Origin: Caecitellus pseudoparvulus
Taxonomy: Eukaryota; Protista; Bigyra: Bicosoecida
Direction: 5' to 3'
NCBI GenBank assembly: GCA_965644315.1
Contig: CBFFRQ010000066.1
Span: 124,001 to 188,000 of the forward strand
Length of the DNA: 64,000 bases
The first letter of the stretch is position 1, and each line of letters begins with the position of its first letter. The notes beneath the pieces were generated by a model. The model saw only the letters and a list, made by a program, of their open reading frames with translations, made no database searches and was not told where the DNA came from. Both the position numbers and the translations under genes were made by a program. This document shows positions 23,001 to 35,000 of the stretch, one piece after another.

Positions 23001-26000
23001 GCTGCAAAGCTTGCTGTTTGCGAGCACGACGCTTGGCAAGTCGCCGCTGGAGGTCAGCTCGCTGGGCCTTTTTCTGATCAGACAAACGTGCCTCTACCCG
23101 TGCCATCTCTCGGTCTGTATCCGCTCGGATACGTTCAAACTCTTCCTGGTTATCGGCGTTCAAAACAGCCATGCGGGCCTCGAGTTCAGCTCGTTTTGCA
23201 GCGAGTTCGGCTTGTCGGCGCTCTTCCGTAGCCTGCTCAAACGCTCGCAGCTCAGCGGCGAGCTCTTCTGCGTGGGCTCTTTCCTCAGCTCGCGCTTCGT
23301 CCATATGGGCAACTTCAAGCTCTCGCGCCTGTGCCTGAATGTCCGCCTCCACTTCTTGCCGCTGTTGATCGTGCACTCCCTCACGTGGGGCGCCAGGATC
23401 CTGCCCAGCAGTCAAAGCTGCGACAGCTGCTAGCACGGCAGCCTCGAAATCCTCCGCCTCATCTTCATCAGCAAGGATAGCAGCCAGGTGAGCCTCAGCA
23501 GATTGGGCTGCTCCCTTGGATGCTGCTTCGGCAAGTTCCTGCTGTTGCTGTCGACGAAGCTTGCGCAATCTGCGCTGCTTGCGCGCACGCAGTTTGGCCT
23601 CGGTGCCTGCAAGCTGCCTGCTCTTTTCAGACTGCAGGCTTCGAAGGAGCGTGTTCGCGTTGGAGGCGGCTTGAAGGCGAATTTCTGCAGCTTGGTCTTC
23701 CAGAGCCAGAGCAGCCTCAGCATCTTTGGCCTTGGCCGCTTCATACTTGGACCGCATCTGAGCTGCCAGGGCCTTCCGCTCCGTCTCAGCTTCCTGAGCC
23801 AGGTCAGCCTCAACCTCAGCCTGTTCAGCGGCATGCTGAGCAGCGAGTGCCTCGCGCTCTGCAGCATTCACAGCCGCCGCCTCGGCTGCAGCTCGCTCTT
23901 CAGCCTGCTGCTGCTGCAGTTTTGCAAGCCGGCGAGCTCGCCTATCCTCCAGCTTGCGACTCAACGCGGCTTCTTGCTTCCGCTTCTCTGCCGACATCGC
24001 TGCTGACCTGCTGCTGATCTCAGCATCTCTCTGTTCCCGCAGTCGCCTGAGTGCCGAATCAGCCTCGAAAGTTGCAGCAACCAGCTCAGCTTCTGCCTGT
24101 GCGGCAGCTGCCTCGGCTGCTTCAGCTGCCGACGCAGCTTCAGCAGCGGCCTCTGCCTGACGCGCATGTTCCTGCGCCATGGCGGCTGCTGCTTCCTCAG
24201 ACTCACGTGTAGCAGCCTCCAGCTCTGCAGCTTGGCGGCGCCTCAAGGCTTCAGCCCGGCGCGTGCGCCTCTGCGCTTTGCGGTCCATTGCAGCAGCCTG
24301 CTGCCTGGCCTTTTCAGCGCTCAGAGCGTCACGCAAAGCTCCTGCTTCCCGCTCATACCCTGCCCTGAGCGCGGCCATTTGAGCGTCCAGCTCCTCTTGG
24401 TGCCCCTGAATGGCGCTCTCCGCTTGCTCCCGAAGCTCGGCTTCCTCGCGCTTCAAGCGGCGCTGCAGTTGCACCCACTCACCGTTGTGCTTTTCAGTCA
24501 GCTTGGCAACCAAGTCCGGGTCTCCCGCCACTTCAGCCATTTCGCGGGCCTGGCGGGCCAGCAGCTCCAGCTCCTCCTTGTTGCGCAAAGCGGCGATTTG
24601 CCTCGCAACCCTCTCATCAGCCATGCCCAGTCGCAGCGTGTGCAATGACTTTGCTGTGTCACCCTGCGCTTCAGCTTCGTCGCGGATCAAGGCCAGCTGC
24701 GCCGCAGCAGAAGCCGCTTCAAGCTCGGCAGTGGCACTCGCAGCAGCAGCATCGACCTTGGCATCGACCGCTGCCAATTCCGCCTCCTCAGTCGCAGCAA
24801 GGGCTGACACTTCAGCAGCATGCTTGGCTGACAGTGCTTTCCGTTCAACGAGGCTAGCAGCATCTTGAAGCTCTTCTTCGTGCCTACTTAACAGGGCCTT
24901 GCGCTTCTTGGCGAAGGCTGCCTGCACCGCCGAGCGAGCGTCGCTCTGCCGTGCTGCCTTCTCAGTGCCAACTCTGCCTTGCAGCGATGCCAGCTCGTCA
25001 ATGAAAGCTTGTCGGCGTGTCCGGACGTCATCGGCATGCCGGGCAGACATGGCCTTAGCCTCCTCTTCAGCCGTCTCAAAGTCTTCAGCCTCCAGGCGCT
25101 GCAGCTCTCCAAACAAGCCCTCGACCTCCACAGCAGCACCGGCAAGGAGAGTGGCGCGTTGGCCCAGGTCAGCACCAGCTGCTGCCAGCGCTTGCTGCTT
25201 GGCTTGCCTCGCACGCTCCTGCCGCTCAAGGCGTCGAACCTGCACTCGCTCAGCAACGGAAGCTGCCTGACGTGCTTGCTCCTGTGCCTGGGCAGTCCTC
25301 AAGCTCTGAATGTCCGCTTCGTGTGAGTCCCTCAGGGACGCGAGTGCCCGCTCTGCATCCAGCTGAGCATCTGCGCTCTCTGCAGCATCGTGCCCCAGAC
25401 CTGCTGCCGCCCGCGCAGCTGCCAGCTCTTCCTGCAGCTCTGCCTCTGCATCAGCTGCCTCCGCTTGCCTGTCCCTAGCCTGACGCTTTGCCAGTGCTTC
25501 TGAGGCGTTGTTTGCAGCCTCAGCAGCTGCCTGGTTAGCTTTCGCCTCAGCACGCGCGAGCCTTTTGGCGACGCGCTCTGCCTTACGAGCTTCCAGGCTT
25601 TCGTTAAGAAGCTCACGCTGGCGGGCCCGCTCACGTGCCAAGGACTCGCGCAGGGCGGAGCGCTCCACCTTGCAACGCTCGAGGATTCGCTCTTGCTCCT
25701 CCACGCTCATTTCTGGGCGAAGAGCAAGTTCTCGCTGAAGTGCTTCCTGCGCAGCACGTTCATCTTCGGCGTCAAGCTGTGCTTGGTCTAGCCCAACCTG
25801 ATCCTCAAGGTCTGCTTCAAGCCTGCTACGTTCTGCAGCAAGATCCTCGTCTTCCTGAGCAAGGAGGGAGGCGGCAGTTGCTGCAGCTTTCAGGTCGTCG
25901 GCTGTGCCTCCTCCAGCCCGCAGCGCAGACTCTGGCAGCAGCCCAAGCGCAACCAAGACGGCGTTAGGATCACACAGCCCAGCCTCCACGGCAGCGATGA

Positions 26001-29000
26001 GTTCCACAAGCCGGTTCCGAACTGTAGACATTGCAGATCGCGAGATCCCCCCTTCTCTAGCAGCCTTAGCGTCTGCAGCCTTGGCCTGCTGAATGGGATA
26101 CAAAGCGTCTCCTGCTGCAGCTGCAGCCTTCATCCGCGCCAGCTCCACGCGCGCCGAGGAAGCCGAGAAGCGTGCGAGCAGCGCTTGCACGGCAACGATG
26201 AGTTGCTCAACAATGGGTGTAAGGGCGTCTCCATGCTCAGCACGTACTCGAGCTGCAGCTGTGGGGTTGCGGATCGTGGTCGCCTGCACGAACGCTGCAA
26301 GGAAGCTAGAAAGCTGCTTGGTTTGTTCCTCAGCATATGCATCCCCTCCGTCTGCGAACAGCGTAAGCATCCCGAGGTGCCTGTCCAGACTGGCATCCAA
26401 TGGAAGCATGGAGGCTTCGTAGGCTTGAAGGGCGGCAGCCACCTCAGGGTACACCTCAGTGATGCTCGCATTTGACGCTGCCCGTAGCATACCCACAGCC
26501 TGCTCCCGGCGGGCTCGCTCAGCCGTGACTGCTGCCTTGTAGCGGCGAATGACATCCACAGCGTGAGAGAGCATGCGGCGAATGCCTTCGCCCCGCTCCG
26601 AATCAGCCGGCCGCAAGGAGCCAAGCGCGGCAACTTCTTCCTCGTGATCGGCCAACTTCGGATCATGCTTGAGAATGTCCGACACCATGGCATGTGCAGT
26701 GGAATGGCTGTCGCTTCCCAGCGCATCCCCTAACGCTCGAACAGCGTCCATGACAGCCGCCTCGCGCCGGGCGAGCTGCTTGTCCCAAAGCTTGTGGGCA
26801 GCCAGTTCTGTCTCGAGTTGCCGAAGCACAGCGGCCCGTTGGGAGGCTTGCGCAGCAGTGCCTGAAGAAACACCCTCAGCCCTGGCGTCGATGGAAGATT
26901 GGGCAATGAGGCGCCGCAGTGACCCGGCCTCGTCCACAATCCCTCGCCGAGCCCTTTCCAAGGCATCACGTGATGCTCTAAACCCGCTGCTCAAGTCTTC
27001 ATCATGGGCTTGCATAAGCTGCAGCAGCTGCTGCAGGTCCATTGCATCAGGGTTCCACTGATCCTTTTCATCTGAACTTCCAGAGCCAGGTGTACCTGCG
27101 CCCCTTGATGCTTCGTCTCCCCCCTTTGCACCTGTGCCGCATGCGCAGCAGGTCCGGCGCCCGCAGCAGTATAAAGCACTGCCAGCGGCCCCATTCCTGG
27201 CCTGGCGTGACCTGCAACGCCCCAAGCCACACGTGGAGACACAGCACAACGCATCCACAGGCCCTCGGTCCTGGCCCCAAGGCGAGGCCTTGACGCTGGC
27301 GGCCTTCTGGCGTGTGCGCTCATAATCCTTGGAGAGCAGCCCAGCCGTGCCTGCATCCTCCCAGGAGGCGGTGCGCCAATAGTACACACAGCCCATGAAA
27401 ATCGCTGCAGCCATGAAGAGGCCAACGAGCAAGGCAGCAATGAGACGCCAGTCTGGAACAAGTTGAGGAGTGACAGCTTGCCCGACTCCAAGACTGACCA
27501 GGTTTTCCTCCGTGCCAGGGTTGAAGGGAGAAGAGCCCAACGCTGCAGGGCAGGCCTGCCCAATGGCCACCGCCCGCACTATAAACTGCTGTGAAGCATC
27601 AATGGAGGAAGCGAATACGTACGTGCCTGGAGTTTCGAATGTGTACCCAAAGTGGCTCACACCAGCAGAGAGCGTAGGGTCTGACATGATCTCTGCAAGG
27701 TCCCGGAACGCGCCGTAGTCGAACTGCGGATTGGAGTTCAAGAAGGAATCCTTCTGGTACACAGGGTAGATGCGCCTCCCGTCAGCAGTCGTGCCTAGGG
27801 AAAAAAGGAGGCCTTCGCCAACTTCAACGCACGAGGTGGGATTGCGCATCACTGGGGTGCTCCCCGACACTGTTCCCTGCAAGGCTCGGCCGTGCGCCTT
27901 CCCTTGAAGTGGGAAGGGCTCTTGAGACAAGCCGACAGCTAGGGCAGCGACAATGCTACCAGCGCGCGCATGCAACTGATGACTTGCCCAAGAGCCTTCC
28001 ACAGCGCTGAGCACTTCCTCGGCAATCTCTGCGTGCACCTCGTGTGCGACATCGGCGAATGTTGACATAGACTGCTCGGCGAGCAGCCGACCACGCCAAC
28101 TCGGGGCATGCTCACTCAGCGCCTCCCGAAGCCTTCTCCCAGATCCTGGTGTTGCCGCGGCCACGGCATCATCAACTCCAAAGATTCCAGCGAAGCCAGC
28201 GCCATCCAAGGCAAGACTGAAAACATCGCAGCTGCTGCTGGTGATGATCGATCGGCTCGCGTTGGACGTCTCCAGGGTTTGGCTGGCCTGTCGAGCCCGC
28301 TCCTGGACTTCAGTACACGAGAGCCGACCAAAGAAGCCCGGTACATCCTCGTCAAGGCTCAGCGAGGTCACGTTGCCGGACTCCCCGTCCCGCACGAGCA
28401 GATGACCTTGCGCTGGGTCAATTGCGAGAGAACGTGCCCCAGCTCTGCATGAGGGCCCACACAGGTCATCGGCCGCTGGAAGACCCTCGCAAGCACACCC
28501 GCCGAGGTCAGCACTCCAAGTGCCCTTCCCACTAGCACACTGAGACACCGCGTTGCAGTCCACATCCTTACACTCACCGTTTGCCAGGCGCTTGAGCCCA
28601 AGCAAGCAGAACTCGAAATTCATGGGTTGGCAGTCTTCATCGCCGTCTGCTTCAGATGCCATGTTGCCGTTGCTATCAAAAGCTTCAAACTGTGGCGCGC
28701 AGAGGCACTTGCCATCATATGGCTGGAAGTAGCGCTGGTCTCCACGGCAAATGCACTCAGTCGCACCATTGTCGAGTGTGTATGAAGAAGCAGAACAAGG
28801 CAGACAGGCAGCTGAACCCTGAGTGGCAGAGAACGTGCCGTTGCGACACTTCAGACAGGCGGTGATGTCAGATGCACCCTCCAGAGGGTTGTACGTGCCG
28901 AGTGGACACGGCCGGTCCCTGAATGAGCCTTGTGGACAGTAGTGCCCCTTCGGGCACTTGTAGCCTCGGTCAGTTTGAGCATTCAGCGGTGTGGCGGAGG

Positions 29001-32000
29001 AGGTTAGCCCCAGGCACACAAAGCCTGGCGTGCAAGGGTAGCACTCTGTGCCATTCACAGATTCGGAAAAAGTGCCTGGTTCGCAAGCAGTACACGCTCT
29101 CTCCAACGAAGTTCGGGAAATGTTGCTCGCGTCTGGGGGAGCGAAAGTCCCAGATGGACAAGTTGTCGGGGAGGAGACCCCCTCAACACAATACGTCCCA
29201 CGCTCGCACTGCTGTGGGTGAGATGATGACTCTGGGCAGAAAAATCCAGCTGGGCATGTGGTGGGGGTGCTGCTTAGTGGAGGGCAATATGAACCTCCCG
29301 GGCAAGCCCTGCTCACGTGGCTTCCCAAGGGGCAAAACGTGCCAGCCAAGCAAGGAGACGGCACGGAGGTCCCATTTGCGCAGGTGTAGCCCCCTGGGCA
29401 GGTAGCACAGTCGGAAACGTTCGCTGCCCCCATTTCATCTCTGAAGGTGCCGACAGGACACTGGACGGGGGCAGCGCCGCCGCCTGTCGCACAGTAGTGT
29501 CCAAGAGGGCACGGAAACTGGAACGGGTCAGTTGTGTTCATCTGGGTGCAGTGCGTGCCTGGTGGGCACAACCTGCATGACGTGTTGGAGGTACTCTCTA
29601 TATCTGGGTTGAAAGTGCCCGTTGGGCAAGGCAGCTCAATGGAGGCGCCAGGGCAGAAGAAACCAGGCCTGCAGGAGAAAGCCTCCGGAAAGCCATCCAC
29701 GCACGTGAATCCAGGCGGGCAAACCCCACAGTCGGAGGCTAGGGAGGCGCCGACACTGCCTGAAAAGGTCCCATTCGCACAAGGTGTTGGGACAGCCGAT
29801 GCGGGCGGGCAGAAGAAGCCACGGGGGCACAAGTCTCCATTGGGCATGATCCCAACAGGGTTTGGAGTTGCAACTCCTTGGTAGCACACGTGTCCCGCTG
29901 CGCAGTCCCCAGCAATGTCTCCGTTGGTGCAGAACTTGCCAGGGGGGCACTGCGTGCACTGAGCCGCGCCAGCCAGCCCCAATCGGCCAATGGCGTGCGT
30001 CCCCGCTGGGCACAGCTGAGGCGCAGAGCTGCCGGCGGGACAATAGGACAGCTCTGGGCACAGCAGGGGGGTGGAGGTGTTCCCAGGGCAATACTCTCCA
30101 GCGGGGCAAGTCAAGCATGCACCTGCCCTCCACGAAGGGTTGAAGGTTCCAGGGGGGCATCCTGCCATGCTGTCTCCACCAGTGCACAGCACCCCCGGGG
30201 GACAAGCGTACCCCGGGTTGACCTGGCCGAGGGTTGACGAAAAGAGCTGCAGTGCGATGGACGCGTTTGTGGCTGCTGCGCCTGTAAAGTTCGAGGCTGG
30301 GTTCGGCACATATGATCCCTCATTGCAGATGAAGCCATCGATGCATGGGCTGCCTCCTGAATCAAGCACCCCAGGCCTCGCGAGGATGCTTCCCCGAGTA
30401 CAGAAATGCCCAGACTGGCACAGTCCTGTTGGAGCGGTGAGGCCTTGGCTGCCACAATACTGCCCTTGCAAACAAGCCGTGCAGTCTGCAGTGTCAGACA
30501 CTTGCTCAATGGAAGAAAATGTGCCGACGAAGCATTGCACATCAACAGCGTTAGCGGACCTAGCCGGGCACACACGCCCCGCAGGGCAAGGTGACGGGTT
30601 TATCGTTGTACCAGGGCAGAAATACCCTGCAGGGCAGTCAGTGCACACTGCAGCCCCGGTGGTATTTGAAAACGTGCGCGCCACGCAGCTCAGTGGGGTG
30701 CCTGACCGAGTGGGGCAGTAATGCCCCAGGGTGCACTCCAGCTCGGGGGTCACTGTCCCTGCTGGGCAGTACAGTCCTGCTGGGCAGTCAAAAGTGGTCC
30801 CTGATGTCATGCCGGACTGAGGACAGTACTGCCCTGCGGGGCAAGTGCTGCACGAGCCAACACTGGTTCCCCCACTGCCGCTACGAAACGTTCCGGGTGG
30901 GCAAGGAGTGGGCTGTGTCGACCCTGCCGGGCAATAAGTCCCGGCTGGGCAGGCATCTCCCACAAAAGTGCTTTCCCTTCCGGGTCCCAGGCCATTTGAG
31001 GCAATCGTAGGGGTAGCCGATCCTGACCCTGACTCGCAGAAGTGGCCTGCTGCACACGGACCAGACACTGTAGCTGCTCCCTCGTTGGCACAGTACGAGC
31101 CGGGCGTGCAAGGCGTGCACTGGTGAGACGCCTGAAGGCCAAAAAACGGGTTAAAAGTGCCGTTGGGGCACAAGAACGCTCCTGGATCTGCAGTGCCAAG
31201 TGGGCAGTAGCTGCCAGGGAGGCACACAGGAGGGTGCACGCTGCCTTCCGGGCAGTAGTGTCCATCAATGCAAGGCTTGCAAGCGCTCTGTGATGGCATG
31301 TCCTGGAAGGTGCCGGCAGAGCAGGGGGTCGGGCTGGCTGAGCCCGCTGCACAGGCAGATCCAGGTGGGCAACTCAGCACCGGCTGCACCGATCCTTGGG
31401 GGCAGTAAAACCCAGCCGGGCAAGGGAAAACTGAGGCATCCGCAGTGCCCGCCTGTGGGCAATAAAACCCGGCTGTGCATGGCGAGCAGTTTGTCTCTGC
31501 TGCTTGGCGCGAAGCAGGTGCAAAAGTGCCTGGAGGGCACTGCACCGGGTGGGAGGACCCAAGCGGACAAAAGTGCCCTGGCGGACATGCATCTCCAATG
31601 CTCGGCTCAGAACCTGTGGCAACAGGGCACGAAGAATCGCCGTATCCGCCCACAGAGCAAGTGTACCCATTGTCTTCTCCTTCTGTAGGAGCGGCAGCAC
31701 TGGAGCCTTGCAGGCAGTAGTGGCCTGCTGAGCAATCGCCAGCTGGAACACTCTGTCCCGAGACAGCACAAAACTTGCCAGGTAAGCAGTTCTTGCATCC
31801 AGCCGCTGATTCTTTCCCAGGAACATCGTTGTATGTTCCAGCAGGGCACGGATACTGTGTTCCTGAGGTGGTGCCGGCAGGGCAGTAGTGCCCAACAGGA
31901 CAAATCACAGGCTCTTCAGCCGCTGCGACGCAGAAGCCACCAGCTGGACAAGTCTTACAGGTGGCTTGCCCTGCAACGTCCTGGAACGTGCCAGCGGCAC

Positions 32001-35000
32001 AAGGCGTTGGCGCGGGGGCTCCAGCGGGGCAAGCGTGGCCTCTCGGGCAGGCTTGTTGGGCAGGGATGGACGACCCCGTCGGGCAATAATAACCCGCCAA
32101 ACAGGACAAGGAAGGTGTGATGGTGCCCTCTCCAGGGCAAAATGAGCCTGCTGTACAAAGGGCGCAATCAGACACGGCGGTGGCAAGAGTCGTCGATCGA
32201 AAGCGGCCCGCAGGGCACCGTGAAGGCGAGATGCTGCCAGCTGGACAGAAGTGGCCAGCTGGGCACTCGTCGCCAATGCCTCCAAATACGGTGTTTACTT
32301 GCCCTGCAGGTGTACTCGTGAAAGAGGCGATAGTGCAGAAATAACCAGCGCTGCACAACCCTGTCACTATTCCAGACGTGTCTGCACAGAAACTGCCTGG
32401 AGGACAAGGCTCTGGCACAGCAGTGCCTGCCGGGCAGCTGGTCCCTGCAGGACAAAGGTCCCCTGTCACACCATCAGTAGGAGTGGGCGTCGTCGCGCCT
32501 AAAGTGCAGAAGTAGCCGACAGAGCAGGTTCCAGTTGGAGAAGAGCTTGTCATGTTACAGTACTGCCCTGGAGAGCATGGCTGGCACTCAGATGCTGCGC
32601 GAAGCCCCGTCAAGCTGTTGAAGGTTCCAGCTGGGCAGGGAACGCCAGCACCTGCCGCGGTGCCTTGGGGGCAGTAGTGCCCCGTGGGACACGGAGCTGT
32701 GCTGAAGTCTGTCGTACCAGCCGGGCATGCATGCCCGGCTGGGCAGGGAACGCACCCTGCCTGGCCTTCATCAGGCTGATGAGATCCGGCCGGGCAGGGG
32801 TCGGGAACAGAGGTCCCTGCGGGGCATCGGTGCCCCGCCGGGCAAGGGCCACCGCCTACAACCATGGCGCCTGGCTCCAAGGAGGTTATGGGAAGAATCA
32901 CCGTAGACACCCCGTGTTCGGGCCCAGCAGCCTCATTTCCACGGTTGCAGAAGTACCCTGCCAAACAAGGCCCACTCGGAGCTGTGAGGCCAATACCTCC
33001 GCAGTACTGTCCAGCAGAGCAAGGGCTGCACTCGTCCACACTGACGAGGCCAGTCCTGCTGCCAAACGTACCCTCTGGGCAGGGTGTGCCCTCTCCAGAT
33101 CCAGCTGGGCAGTAGAAGCCTTGCGGGCAAGGTACGTCACTCGTAATTGTTCCGCCATTCTGGCCTCGCGCAGTTGTGCTGCCTGGCTCACAGACAAACC
33201 CGGCGTCACAAGGATCGGTCACGGCAACGCTCAGGCCTGGAGTTGCACAGTAGGATCCCGCGGGACACAGGATGCACTCTTGTACCGAAGCTCTCCCTGT
33301 TACTGCCGAGAGGGTTCCAGCTGGGCACACAGGTTGCGGGGCTCCCGTGCCAGCTGGGCAGTACCTTGCTGCTGGGCATGCCTGGGGAGCTGTCAGCACG
33401 ATTCCGTCACAGAAGAAACCAGCAGGACACTGCTCACACGCAGCAAGGCCACGAACACTTGCGTACGTCCCAGCCGGACAATTCGTACCTGAGGGGCTAC
33501 CAGCCGGACACTGGTTGCCCACTGGGCATGGACCGCCAGACGAATCACCTCCTAGCGGTCGGGGTGTGTCTGCACCGCCAGCGCAGAAGAACCCCGGATC
33601 GCAAAGCCCCAACACAGACGTGGGGTCCTCCTGATTGCAGTAACTGCCCGCTGGACAAGCTGTACAATCACCAACTGCGCTGCCTCCAGCTGTGGCTCTG
33701 TACGTCCCATTCGGGCAAATAGTCGGCAAAACAGTGCCTGACTCGCAGTAATGGCCTGCTGGGCACTCCTGACCAGCAGGCAAATCCACAGCTGTTGGTG
33801 CAGAAGTTGCCGAGCCGAGCATGCACCAGTGTCCAGCAGCACATGCAGGACCAGGGCTAGTCATCGCTGGCGTTGGGCAGTGAAAGCCGGGTGGGCATGG
33901 TGTGCAGTCCTCCGCCGCGCTAAGTCCCCTGGAGTAGTCTATTCCCTGCGTTGTCCAGGCGTACACTGATGCTGAGTACCTGCCAGGAGGGCAAGGGTTT
34001 TCCGTACCCAAGATGGTGCTTGCAGGGCAAAAGTACCCAAGTGGGCAGCTATCGGGAGTTGTCATGTTGGAGTTCGGGCACCGAAAGCCAGGCAGACACT
34101 CGTCGCAAGCTGTGGCTCGGGAGGTGGGACTGTACCGGCCGGGGTCGCACCCTTGAGGTTCGCCTTGACCGCCCGCCGAAAACTTTCCAGGTGGAACACT
34201 GAAAGCTTTGGGGGTGCTGGAGTTCGTGGGGCAGAAGTAGCCTGGGTCACATGGACCAGAGGGATTCGGAGAGGAGCTGCCTTGGCAGTAGCTGCCTGGC
34301 GGACACAGGATACAGGCAGACTCGTCCGATTCGGCTGCGGTGGGCAGGTACTTCCCGATCGGGCAGGGCGTTGGTTGGGAGCTGCCTGCTGGGCAATACC
34401 CACCAGCAGGGCAGACGTCGCCTTCAATGCCATCTGTGGGAGTTGGGGTTGTACTGCCTTCCAAACAGTAATATCCAGCCGCGCAAGGGCCAGACACGCC
34501 AGAGTTGCCAGCGTTCTGGCAGTAGAAGCCAGGCCGGCACGGCGTGCAGTCTTCAGGACGCCGAAGGCCTGTCTGCTCCCCATACGTCCCTGCTGGGCAC
34601 AAAGCGGTTCCGCTCTGGCCAGAAATGCAATACGCCCCTGATGGGCAGAGAGTGGGGCTTGTGGTGGCCACAGAGGGACAGTAGAAGCCAGATGGGCACG
34701 CTGCACAGTCCGTCGTTGCTCGCCCACCCGGCCCAGACCTCCATGTTCCGATGGGGCACGGCTGTTGCTGTGCGGAAGTTGAGGAAGCCGGGCAGAAGTA
34801 GCCAGGGTCGCAACGGCCGGAGGGGGCGGCTTCACCACCAGAGCAAAAATAGCCTGCAGGACATGCGAGGCAGTCTGCTGAACTTGTGGCGCCCTTGTGG
34901 GGTTGGTAGGTGCCAGCACCACACGCAATTTCTGGCCACACCCCTTCCAGGCAGTAGTGTCCAGCAGGACAGGGCTCTGTTGACAGCTCCGGAAACTTAG

